A program made the translations under genes and the position numbers. A stretch of 63,403 nucleotides of DNA, filler included, from Octopus bimaculoides (Eukaryota), in NCBI RefSeq assembly GCF_001194135.2. It is 6 parts of 6 records of this genome, joined end to end, with 100 filler letters (N's around TTAATTAATTAA, not from the genome) between each part and the next. Parts side by side here need not be neighbours in the genome. Positions count along the whole stretch, not along the records: positions 1 to 11,189 come from NC_068990.1; positions 11,290 to 27,074 come from NC_068983.1; 4 more parts are not named here. The stretch is one strand, 5' to 3'. Below the pieces are notes generated by a model that saw only the letters and a list, made by a program, of their open reading frames with translations, was not told the origin of the DNA and searched no databases. Below, piece by piece: positions 1 to 12,642 of this stretch (position 1 is its first letter; each line of letters opens with the position of its first letter).

Positions 1-150
1 CTCATGGTGTGTTTACGTCCCCGCAAATTAGCAGTTCGGTAAATGAAAACGATAGAATAAGTACTAGACTTACAATGAATAAGTCCTGGGGTCGCTTTAT
101 TCGACTAAAGGCGGTGCTCCAGCATGACTGAAACAAATAAAATAATAAAA
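1..150 (+). mobile_element. SINE family C, 3' part
   Basis: GTTTACGTCCCC...GATAGAATAAGTACT...CTGGGGTCG...GGCGGTGCTCCAGCATG...ACTGAAACAA; the same block recurs at 18504 and 52238. Confidence 0.8.
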
Positions 151-570
151 CAAAGAATATATATATATATCTACATGCATACATATATATATATATGAAG
201 ATAATAACTTGGAAAATTAAAGGACAATATATTACACTTGGTAAAGGTAAGGACAGTTTACTATTTCTGGTACAAGAAAATTGTTACTTAAAATATTGCA
301 GCGAAGAATAAAATTTCAAATACAATATTTAGATCTAGAAAAAAATATCTTTTATTAAAACTAAAAATGTTATTACAAGTTGTTAGATACATGTGTTATT
401 ACTTGTCACTTCTATTAAAAATAAAATCAAAATATTTTTTGCACTTGAAAAATAAATTTTTTAATTATGAATTAATAATTAGAAATTTTAAAATAGGTTA
501 TAAAAATAATAATGGCACATAATTAGTTAGTACATTAAATAGAATAATACAAACATTAGTTATACTATCT

Positions 571-655
571 CAGCCGAATTTGAACTCAGAGACAGATGAA
601 ATACCGCTAGACACTTCGCCCGGCGTGCTAACGTGTCAGCCACCTCGCCGCCTTA
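571..655 (-). mobile_element. SINE family A, 5' fragment
   Basis: Minus strand GGCGGCGAGGTGGC...GTTAGCACGCCGGGCGAA...GAGTTCAAATT; matches the other A copies. Confidence 0.8.
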
Positions 656-737
656 TATCGTAAAATATGTGTGCATGTATATATGCACATATATACACCT
701 AGATACTTATTACGTACATACATGCTTACATATATAC

Positions 738-1065
738 AAGCTGAGACGCCCTTCGGTCATGAATGACCATGGAATTGCACCTAGGAAGTTACCCTCTCAG
801 GCAAGTGTCCGTGCAAAGCTGTTTATGGAAGACCAGCAGTCGCCCATGCATACCGGCCTCCCTTCTCCACGCCACCAGTGTTATCGAAGGGAAAGGCAAA
901 GGCTGACACAGCTTGGCACCTGTGACGTCGCAACTCATTTCTACAGCTGAGTGAACTGGAGCAACGTGAAATAAAGTGTCTTGCTCAAGAACACAACGCG
1001 CAGCCCGGTCCAGGATTCGAACTCACAACCTTGCTATCGTAAGCTGATGCTCTAACCACTGCGCC
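738..1065 (-). mobile_element. SINE with head D and tail Y
   Basis: tRNA-like head GGCGCAGTGGTTAGAGC...GAGTTCGAATCC, then TTGTGTTCTTGAGCAAGACACTTT...TTGCTCCAGTTCACTCAGCTGT (Meta/V/CORE-type central domain; assignment tentative). Confidence 0.85.
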
Positions 1066-1623
1066 TTTGCATATATATATATACATATAGGCATACATAT
1101 TTTGAGAAACTTTGTAGATGAATTTTATTTGGTAACAAAGCTACACTCAGACGCTCAGTAAATTTCTTTTTGCAAATTTAGCTGCGAAAATAGATCATAC
1201 TTAGAATTAAAATCCTTTTGGAGTATAGTGTCATAGGTCAGGCCTTGTAATTAATAGCTATAGCAAATATCGTAAGTCGATTGCTTCTCATTGGTTGCAG
1301 ACAGATCTAACTCTGGACACTTTATCAATAGTGTAGCAAGTCTAATTGAAGCCTGAAGTTATTAATATTATGGTGAAATTGTGATCGATATAGAGATACA
1401 AAGTGTATGTTACTAAATATCCCAAGAAAATTCCAGCGTGAATAGTCTTCTGAGATTCCTGTCTTTCTTACAACGGAACATGTTCTCACTGTGAAGCTTA
1501 ATATGTATTCGTTAAAGATATGATCCTATGTTATTTACAACTTTGTCTCAAAGCGGTGTTACTGTTCTGTAGTTACTTATGCACGGCAAATATTGTTAGG
1601 TGGCGCTAGTCTCATATATATGG

Positions 1624-1692
1624 AATATATGTATACAAATATATATGTATATATATCTATATATATATATATCTATATATCATTATCTATAT

Positions 1693-1748
<56 letters not shown>

Positions 1749-1762
1749 GTCTATCTATCTAA
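1624..1762. repeat. (TA)n/(TATC)n microsatellite
   Basis: Direct reading; similar (TATC)n arrays at 2927-3020 and 5852-5916. Confidence 0.95.
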
Positions 1763-2315
1763 ATATCCCCTAATATTTGTAGATTCGATGATCCGAAGTT
1801 TCATATTGAACACCCTGACATACGATAAATAAGATCTGTGAAAGAATGGACAAACCCAGTGTCATGAGCCATCAAACATTGTATACGTATGTAGGTGCAT
1901 GCATAAGTATGTGTGTGGTTAGCGTCATGCTCGGATTTCATTTAAATGAGACGCAGAAGACAGAGAGATGACTGTGAAAATTTTTGTTATAAAAACATTG
2001 TGTTTAATACTTCAGTTAGAATGAATGCATTGTATTAGATGAGGTGGTTTAATGAATCATGGCTCAGAATATAACGTTTCCAGTTTTTCAAACGATATGT
2101 ATTAGTATCTTTCGTGAAATATTCATGCATCACTGCGGAAACCGGTAACTTAATGTGTTCAAGCAACACATTTGATATACATTATGCTTGATTTAGAAAG
2201 ACAATCTGTTTTGATTATCATCAACAGAAATGTAATGAACTCATTATATAAACACACACACACACTCACACACTTGGGAACACCCACACATACTCCAACA
2301 CACACACATATTCCG

Positions 2316-2346
<31 letters not shown>

Positions 2347-2930
2347 TGCACAAAAACACAAAAACACACACACACATTCATACACACAAGCACATGCACA
2401 CACAAATGCATAAAGAGGTTGCACTTTCAGATATTACTTGTTGCTGTTATACGCACACGATCCAGTTTGAAATGGTGAAACTCGAACTATGAACCAGAGA
2501 TAAATTCAATAGTTGAGTACCTATTCTGTAACACTTTCAAAACAATTCTTTCTCTCAAAATGTCAATAGAATTGCTGCATTATTTTTGTTGAAATTGTAA
2601 TTAACCAATATTTTCGTAAATTTTGAAACATAGAAATAATAACTTTGTAGAATAACTATGAAAAACTATCCATTAATATTTAATAAAACACGATTTCCAA
2701 TGTTCATTAAATGCATAACTCCTAGAATATAAGATATCTATTTACGCTTAATTTTGTATAAGTGTATGAAACATTGTTGAAGAACTAACATTTACTTGAA
2801 TGCAATAGGAACAACAAATTAATGAAAATGAAACAATAGGTTTCCGTTGTAAAGAAGGACATTCAGAAATAATCAAGAGAATAATTCCACAATGAACACG
2901 CGCGTTTGCGTGCACACACATAATCATGTA

Positions 2931-3009
<79 letters not shown>

Positions 3010-4216
3010 ATATATATATANNNNNNNNNNNNNNNNNNNNNNNNNNNNNNNNNNNNNNNNNNNNNNNNNNNNNNNNNNNNNNNNNNNNNNNNNNNNNNNN
3101 NNNNNNNNNNNNNNNNNNNNNNNNNNNNNNNNNTATATATTTATATATATATGATATACAAATATGTATGCAAGTATATATGTATTTATATAATTGAATA
3201 TTGCTTCAACGTAAACTGAACTTCAGCCTAACAACAACCATTAGGAACGCGGTTTAATATAGCAAGTTAATAAAATAAAAGGATTGAAAAAAAATCATAT
3301 ACTAATCAACGAATATTGATACATGGTTCATCTGAATGATTGAAATTGAAGCAAACATAACAGGAAGAAAGCAGATAATGTTGAAATGGCCTCAGTGAAT
3401 TTTTCTTTCTCAGTACATATAAAAGAGTAGCAAACTGTTGAGTTTATTATTCGAGAAAAAAGATACGACTATCTTATTTTGAAAGTTAATTAGAAAAGAT
3501 ATCATGTTTCCAAGATAATTAGAATTACAAATAAATTAAAAATAGAATTATGCAAATATATTAAATACCATCTGCACACGATGTGTTTCATAATAAATCT
3601 ATCGATAATTTTCATCTTAATTAGAAATGTAGTTTAAATAAGGTTATTATTATAGTTTAGCATTTCTCTCCCAGTAACATCTATCTTAATGTCTTCCGTT
3701 TACAAAAGGACAGATTTTCAAAAAGATAACACTTTCAGGTTCTTAAATGGAAAAAGAGAGTGACGATTTGATAGTATCATTGAACATCGAACTCACACGC
3801 TACCGATATTAGATTTGTAGCTGTGCAATCTCATACGACATCACCGACACATTGTCATTACACGTTCAAAGAAACACTGTCTTTTGTACCACGCAATTTA
3901 CTCAATATATTTATTCAGCTGTAATTTTATTTGCCGTAGAATATATATATCTAACCGATCCTATAAATAAATGTATCCAAGCAGAATTATTTAACTAACA
4001 CTCTTACGTCAGTAAAGACATATATCTTTCCATTAAATTTTTAGGATAATTCATTATCTTTACTGAATTCGGAAATGGAAAATATATATATATATATATT
4101 TTTTTTTTTACGGAGACCAGTATAATGCAGACACCAAAATTTGTGAATCATATAGGGCTAGTATCATCTCAGACAAGCAAAGGATATTTTGTGTAATGCA
4201 ATCACTAACCTTTTAC

Positions 4217-4282
4217 TCGTACGAGATCGAGTTGTCATACTCAAAATTAGAATTTAGTGTATGACAACTCGATATCATACGA
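4217..4282. other. Inverted repeat, 24-bp arms and 18-nt loop
   Basis: TCGTACGAGATCGAGTTGTCATAC (4217-4240) versus GTATGACAACTCGATATCATACGA (4259-4282); 22/24 complementary. Confidence 0.85.
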
Positions 4283-4528
4283 ATGCAATCTTCAATGAAT
4301 TTGCAGAATTCTCATATGCATGCCTCTACAAAGAATATTGATGCATAAAGAACATTTCAGAGAAGGCAACTTCAAAATATCCTGTTTGCTTATCTATTCC
4401 ATAACATAAATTAATCTAAATATATTTTCCGAAACCATATGATCTACAGGTATATTCCGACTGTGAAATTTCCGACTGCTTAGGACGTCAAGGTTGCATA
4501 CTGCAAACATGTTCTTTATATTACTTAC

Positions 4529-4558
4529 AAGCAGTTTCCTGCTAAGCAGGATTCCATC
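4529..4558 (-). CDS. Candidate 30-nt micro-exon, gene unknown
   Basis: ttttagtattttgttcag|GATGGAATCC...AAACTGCTT|gtaagta; two open frames (DGILLSRKLL or MESCLAGNC). Confidence 0.25.
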
Positions 4559-5851
4559 CTGAACAAAATACTAAAATTATTCTTTTGTTACTGCAATCTA
4601 TCTCCCAGGTGCATTTCAAGCAAGATAAATCTTTCTGAGTCCCCAAATCTTTGATCTATTGTTTTCATTTCCAGTATTTATAACTCGGTAAATAGTCACT
4701 TTGTATATCACATCGAGTGTCTCCTTCACAATAACGAGAGGTATTTAGCGTTAGATCTACTGGTGATACATACTTCCCTGTCACATTCACCATTAAAGAT
4801 TTCCGTGAAGTCAATGTATCTCATCCTGTCATGAATGAAATATTTGATTGATGGCCACGAGAAGTTATTTCTAGTTAAGTTACCTAAGTGAGGGTTCCAT
4901 GTGTCTCGTACATTTATCATGGATTTCACTTACCGATATTCTATCTACTATGGTTTGCCGTAAATTTCGCTTATATCTCCTATATGTTTTTTTTCTGTAT
5001 ATTTATGGCTTATGCAGAATCTGTTTATATGTGCCTAACATCTTATACATGTGGGTCACGTTTCCAGAAGTGAACAGAAGCTGCCTAGTTTCCAGAAGTA
5101 AACACAAAAAGATTTAGTTCTGAAGAAAGAAATATTGCACCGCTTGTTATAAACGTACATAAAACCGTCAACGGCACAACACACGAGGCTTCTCAATCTC
5201 TGTTGATCTTTTCTGACAATACCTGTTATATGACACAACTAAAACTGGATTCTTCTCTGAATTTGCTATTTACGTAATACATCTGCTAAAGCCAATCCAA
5301 CACCCATCTCTTATCTGTCTACTCTCTCAAACACGTATCATATAAAAAGGGGAGAATTTCTCCGATGATGAAGTACGACAGAGATCAGAATATTCACCTT
5401 CAAATCTATTAGAGCGCATTAGAAATGAAGAGATACGTAATTTTTGAATCCTCGCTTTTCTGCGTGCACCTCGTGAACTATCTCAGATTGACGGACATAA
5501 ACACGTTTCAACAAAAGTAGCAGTACTTTTGTTAGGTGATCTATCAGGGTAAGATTCGATTAAGGGGTCATGCAATAAGCTCGGAATACTGTAGTATCTC
5601 AAAATTCCCTTACATCAATGAATCGCATGTGCAGGGGGGAGACGTTTTCTGGTTACGACCTACAATAGTAATCAGCATATGCACTTTCGAATGTCTTAGA
5701 AAACATTAGAAATATAAAGATATGTCTACATCCTCTGTTCTGCGTGCTCATAAATTATTAGAGTAGAGTTATACCAAATAAATCTTTTATCTCTGTAACA
5801 ATCATTGGTAATATTGTTTAGTATTTAGATAAATGTTATTAATATTTTTTA

Positions 5852-5916
<65 letters not shown>

Positions 5917-8051
5917 ACAACCTAGATCTGGGCTTTAGCGAATTAAAGTAAAAAAGTGGAAATAATGAAATAGTGTTAATAATCAAATAAATAAATGGAT
6001 AAATGGGAAATGAGAAATGGGAAATAAGAAGTACTTGTATTTGGAGAGAAGCGGAAATGATGAGTGAAAGAAAGGAGTATAAGAACCATGGAAGAAGAAA
6101 ATAGGAAAATATGACGAGAAAAATATTATTTATTATAAGCTAGGAGGTTGTCGATCAATAGTGCAAATATGGATATGATTTGAAATTTGGAACAGAAAAC
6201 GTTGAAAGGAAATCTATTTTTTCGGGGTGGAGGATACACTGTTTACAATTGAGATTAAGTATATGAATATATTCGTTTTATAAATTCTACTGAAGTTATA
6301 CGTGGAGTTACTTTCCTTCACATATAACTTCCCATAATCACATATAGATAGTAAAATAGGCTTAAATATGAAAGCGTGCATACACAAACACACTATTTAT
6401 GCATATTTATTCGTATATATGTCCCTAAACATATATGCTTGGTGTAAAAATATTATATCCCCCCATTGCTGCTCCCTGCCATATTCCCAGACGCATTTCT
6501 AGCTCCTTGGCTGTTATCAATAAGAAATACGGAAAGTATATATCTCTCGACAGATTTTAAAGCCGTAACTTTAACTAAAACACAGTCATAAAAATTGACT
6601 GAGTTACACTATTAGATCGCCAGCTCGGAAGACATTCAGTATTATCAGTGCCGTGTAGTGTTTAGTTAAAATATGTTTGTGACTTATTTCAGCTTCTTCC
6701 CTACAACTTCTGTGGGGTAGTACTGGACAGATATGGTGTTTTTACACTTCTTACCATAAGAGAGAATTTTCCATGCACGATAACCGCCGTGGATTTGCAT
6801 TTAGAAGTTGAAAAATCATTGGCTATTGAGTTTCACATGGACGTATTCAGATTTATTATTGAAAATGTGTAAAAATATTGTTTTGGATATGCAATGTTTC
6901 GGTTGAACGTGTATTCTGAATATGTTTATCTTCACGTGTTGAAAACAAATTATGTAAACATTTTAGAGCAACAACCTTGTCAAACTTATGGTAACACAAG
7001 CCTAAATTAATTGGTGTAAATGTATAATCTTCGTTTAATCTCCGACCAGTCCCACCTATGTGATGTTTACGTTTCACTGTTTAATTTTATAGGGTTTTTT
7101 CAGTTGACATGCATTTTCATTACTTTATAAGAATGTCCCAACAACTTGTTGCTCATTTTGTGTGAATGTGTGTGTGTACGTGTGTGTATGCGTGTGTGTG
7201 TGTGTGTGTGTGTGTGCATGCGTGCGTGCATTATGTGAGGAAGATATGCTTAGTGTCTGATTTCAACAGTAGTACTCTCAAAACTTTTCTGTAGCTCAAG
7301 TTGGAAGAGAAAAGTTGACAATTCGGTTTGAATGTCAAATACTAAATTAAAATTCACATCAAGTAAAAAGAGTTGTGTGAACCATATCTTATTCAGCAGT
7401 TTTTCTTTAAAGAACGTAAGTTATTTGTTACATTCCCGTCTGAATACGATAGTAGTGGCATCATTTAATCTTTTCATCACCCTATATCCCTGAAAACATG
7501 TTTGAAATATTTCGATTTCAGAAAATATGCTGCTTTTCCCAGTTTCTCCGAAATCGTCATGTATCAGATACAATAACTCATGAAATTTGTGGGAGAGATT
7601 CTGGTAAAAGATGGTATTAAGTAGGACGTAAGTACCTCAATTCCGAATTCGAAAAACGTGGCATGAAAAATGCTATGTCCTCAAGTATTGTAGTATAAAA
7701 ACATACATATTGGTTTTGAATATCTTGAAGGTTTAATCTTTGCTTTCCGTAACTGCACCAATTTTATCATGGAACACTTTCATTTCAAATTGAATTCTTA
7801 CCACTAGCATAGATTTAAGCTTCACAACTATTGATCTTTAAACTTTCCACTACTCAATAATTTCATCCAACATTTTAAAACACATATTGAGGCTATATGA
7901 AGTAATCGTTTGCATATCATCGAAGTACCAAAAGTGGGTTTAAATATTTAACTCCATACTCCCATTATTCATCACATATTTTAAGAATACACACACGCAT
8001 ATATTTGAAACAGATATATGGTTTACTAAATATATGTTAACATATGCTTAC

Positions 8052-8067
8052 CTCACTGTTTTAAGTC
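8052..8067 (-). CDS. Candidate 16-nt micro-exon, gene unknown
   Basis: T-rich tract ending cttttgcag|GACTTAAAACAGTGAG|gtaagca; only one frame open (xLKTV). Confidence 0.3.
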
Positions 8068-8440
8068 CTGCAAAAGAAAAAAAATATATTTAAAATCTCT
8101 GACATAACTATATAAATACACACGATACATGCGTATACAAATGTGTGCGTGTGAGTGTGTGCAAGCGCTCGCGCGCTTATGTAAGTGTTCGTACGTGCTG
8201 CTTTCACATATAATTGTATATAAAAGGGATGAAGCATTAACCGAGAAAGCTCTCTCTACATATATGTAGGTCCTGTGTTTCACCATTACATGCGAAAATT
8301 AGATTATGATATGAAAGTTTTGCCCAGTATCCCTGTGAGATATGTGGGTACCATTATGAGGGTTATGTGTCAGTTAGCTATTGGGGAGGAGCACGCTGAG
8401 TGCTACTTCGGTGTTATGTAATGTTTTACTAGGTGTACGT

Positions 8441-8561
8441 GAAGGAGAAGAAGAAGAAGAAGAAGAAGGAGAAGGAGAAGAAGAAGAAGAAGAAGAAGAA
8501 GAAGAAGAAGAAGAAGAAGAAGAAGAAGAAGAAGAAGAAGAAGAAGAAGAAGAAGAAGAAG
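8441..8561 (+). repeat. (GAA)n homopurine array
   Basis: Direct reading; a shorter array lies at 46884-46936. Confidence 0.95.
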
Positions 8562-9810
8562 CTTTGATAATATTTTTGAGTTCATACACATGGTACCTTT
8601 AAGAAATAAATTGATAGGGAAGTCTGACAGACGATATACTGTACACTTTGCATTTATTTGTCCCTCCCACCGCCTGACAACCTGTGTCGGTTTGTTCACG
8701 CCCTCTTTAATTGGCTATACCCATGCTAAAAGCATTACAGTAGATATATATATTCCTGCTCCTTCGCGTATATATTACACATATCGAAAGTGTAAAACCA
8801 TTTTCAAAATAATTTCTAAAAAGGACAGATCACAGTAATGGAATGACTGGTCGATTCTTTCCAAATGTAAATGTAACCGAAGGGATCCTATTTCTGTACA
8901 TTATCTCAAAAAATATAGTCTACAATGAGATCTCGAAAAAGTGATTGCTTAGTCAGCTCAAAGCATACAACAGTAAGACAAGTACAACGATAATTATAAT
9001 GATAATAAAAATAAGAAGATTAATATAAATATACTGATAAAATAAATAATTTAAACATTGTTTCCTCTGTATTCTCATAATGCTTGAAATGTATAGTCAC
9101 TTATAATTTCCAAAACTTTATAACTTGATTATAGATTGTAAATAATATATAAGAATAATGAAATTCAGAATTTTGGAACATAATAATGCATATTTATCAA
9201 AAAAGGTTTAAAATCATACATTTTAATAGAAGTAGTTTTTACTTTCAAGTTATATACTATATGGAATGTAAATGGTGAAGAGAGAGTACAATACATATTC
9301 AATATCAAAAGTATAAATGTAGTATGGAATACTGACAAAAATAATATGAATATATTGAAGAAAAACATCTCTAAGATACATTTATTTACACGGTTTGATT
9401 GAGTATATGCATATAATTTTAGATATGACTGCATGGAAAAAGTTCAGCTATATCACAGAGAAAAAGTTTACGTATAGATTGCATTTGGCGAAATATACAT
9501 TCTATAGAAATTTAATTAACAATTGAGAAAGTATTATACAAAATACACTATAATCATTAATAAAAGGAAGATCAAAAATAACGTTGTTGTCTCCTGCATT
9601 ATCGTACGTCACGAGAAACTCTGAGTTGCACAGGAGAGCTACACCAAGCATTCTTTATAAATTCAAAATAATCCATTATGTAAATTGCGAAATCCAAAAA
9701 TGTATGTATGACTGTTTATATGCTGATATACACAAAAATAATGACATCTGTATTCACCTACCTACACACACAAATATGCACACACACACATACACACACA
9801 CATACGGTTT

Positions 9811-9893
9811 CTTTTACTGAACCGTTAATTTACAGGGACGTAAACACACCACCATCTATTCTCAAGCGATGTTGGGGGGACAAACGCAGACAT

Positions 9894-9949
<56 letters not shown>

Positions 9950-9974
9950 NNNNNNNNNNNNNNNNNNNNNNNNN

Positions 9975-10023
<49 letters not shown>

Positions 10024-10185
10024 TATACGACGGGTTTCTTTCAGTTTCCGTCTACGAAATCCACTCACAAGGCTTTGGTCGGCCCGAGGCTATAGTAGAA
10101 GACACTTCACTTGTCCAAGGTACCACGCAGTGGCAATGAACCCGAAACCATGTTGTTGGTAAGCAAGCGACTTACCACACAGCCA
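9811..10185 (-). mobile_element. SINE family C with internal microsatellite
   Basis: Head/body 10027-10185 (...CCTTGGACAAGT...CTACTATAGCCTCGGGCCGACCAAAGCCTTGTGAGTGG...AAACTGAAAGAAACCCGTCG), (TA)/(TG)/(TATG) array with gap, then 3' part TTTGTCCCCC...GTGTTTACGTCCC. Confidence 0.85.
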
Positions 10186-11189
10186 GAAATGCGTCATTAA
10201 TAGGATAAAATAAAAATATTTCTTTATGCATGGTTTCAAACTAAAGCATGTCTAAACATGAAGTAAAAGACATAAATATAGTGTCAATGGTATACGTTGA
10301 ATAAAAATTCATAATTCCGTTAAAACATGGCTTTGCTTTTCAATATAATATTAATTTCAATAAAGAATCTCATACGAAAATTGTTATTTGGTGATAGTAA
10401 GTTCAAAAAGTACCCAATATACTAAATCTGATCCAGTTTCAATAAAATATTTTGTTAAGATCTTCATGGAGAAAGGTTTCCTGTATAAACGATAATATTA
10501 GTTCATTTCAAGGAAAATTTCAATTAATCAAATTATTTAGATATTTTACCTTTGCCTTAAATTTTTTCCCACTTGCTTCCTGTATCGATTACCGTCATAT
10601 ATATTGGATTGCAGATTTCATTCTTTCTTCTTTTTACACTACAGAAATATCTTCTGATTCACTTCTGAGAGTTTAAATGATACCTTACCATTATCCTTCC
10701 AACTCTCACACACCTACTCTTTAGCCTCAACATACTTATCCTGTTCTTTCTTTAATTCACAATATCGGTTCTATTCTCATGGTTGACTGCTTCCTTAGAT
10801 TATTTAAAAATATTCCCGTGAATGTATTTGAATATATATAAAAGAGATACAGCCGTATATTTATGATTTGAATTAGAAGAGAAGAACCAATATCTGATTA
10901 TCGAAAAACATAAATCTATAAAATATTTTAACTTCCACGTAATATGTGATTTCACTGAAATTTTACATGTCAGGTTGTAATTACTTAAAAAAGTATTTAT
11001 TTCGTTATACGTGTTTTAATACTACGTATATTTAACAAACCGTTTCAGTGAAGTGTTACGGAAGTGAATTAGAACCAAAAAATAGCCTACATTATTCCTT
11101 AACGTTGAACGGAAACGGTAAAACATCTCTCCTAAAAAGACTAATAACCTCGAAAAAGTTATATGAAGACTGATATATATATATATATA

Positions 11190-11289
11190 NNNNNNNNNNN
11201 NNNNNNNNNNNNNNNNNNNNNNNNNNNNNNNNNTTAATTAATTAANNNNNNNNNNNNNNNNNNNNNNNNNNNNNNNNNNNNNNNNNNNN
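11190..11289. other. Artificial join N44-TTAATTAATTAA-N44
   Basis: Exactly 44+12+44 = 100 nt; identical blocks at 27075, 44044, 47322 and 62034. Confidence 0.95.
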
Positions 11290-11347
<58 letters not shown>

Positions 11348-11652
11348 TGCATGCGTGTGTGTGTGTGTGTGTGTACATACATGCGTATGCTCTCCTACAC
11401 ACACACACACATATAAAATACACATTTTTTAAAATATATATTTGTAGTAGTATCTTGCTCCTCTGTCACTTTTAAATCTCTCGGTGTGTATGTATGCATG
11501 CATGTATGTATATACGTACACACACACATACATATATATATTTATGTGTGTGGGTGTATATATATATGCTTGTGTGTGTACGTATATACATATATGCATA
11601 CATACATACACATATATAAATATTTACGTATATATATATGTATATATATATG

Positions 11653-11696
<44 letters not shown>

Positions 11697-12239
11697 TATA
11701 TATAAACACATGTATGCATGTATGTGTATATGGATGTGTGTATATGGGTGTGTGTCTTGAGAACTGCACTATGCTTGGAATAGACAAATCAATTTCTACA
11801 GTAATTTCTTAAATGTGATACAATATTTCAAGAAGTTTGAAATTTCTTTCACCATTATCATAAATGTTATATACGTTATTTTCAAAAAAAAGTTTCATTG
11901 TTATTTTATATCTGTTTTGTATCAGATTTCTTTCTTGTGAATTGTACAAGATTCTATATCAGTTCGTAAGCATATACATATCTATGTGTGAGCTTGTATG
12001 TGTTTATATATGAGCACGCATGTGTTTATATACGAGTTTGTATGTGTTTAGTTTGGAGGAGTTGTTTGTGTTCGATTGTACGCACGCATGTAGCTACATG
12101 TATGCGCACGTACTAACGTTTGTGTGTATATGCCTCAGATACAAATTCACAAGTTTTATATTTCCTGGATATTTACCTCCGAATTTCTTATTTTCATTTA
12201 ACGCACCTGTTATTTTTCTTCTTTTTATAAACATTTATC

Positions 12240-12390
<151 letters not shown>

Positions 12391-12611
12391 GATGTAATTT
12401 AAAAGATTTTTTTTTTTTTTTTTCATTACTTTCTATTTTTATTTCATCATGTCGGATTTTTGTTGTTGTTTTCTTTCCTCCAAATTCAAGTGATTACTTT
12501 CAAAGTATTCTAACCAATGTTACCAAGTGCAGAAATATTCATTAATGTAGTCTCGTTTGTCATGCAAATTAGATTTGACAACTTTTCATGCGTTCTTCTC
12601 TCTTCTTTTTC

Positions 12612-12642
<31 letters not shown>

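Noticed and set aside
4726-5440. Protein-like open stretches (for example IDFTEIFNGECDRE, ENFSDDEVRQRSEY)
   Set aside because: Short, on both strands, with weak splice signals and no recognisable family.
11234-11245. TTAATTAATTAA as a biological motif or spaced repeat array
   Set aside because: Always centred in exactly 100 nt with 44 N on each side; an artificial linker.
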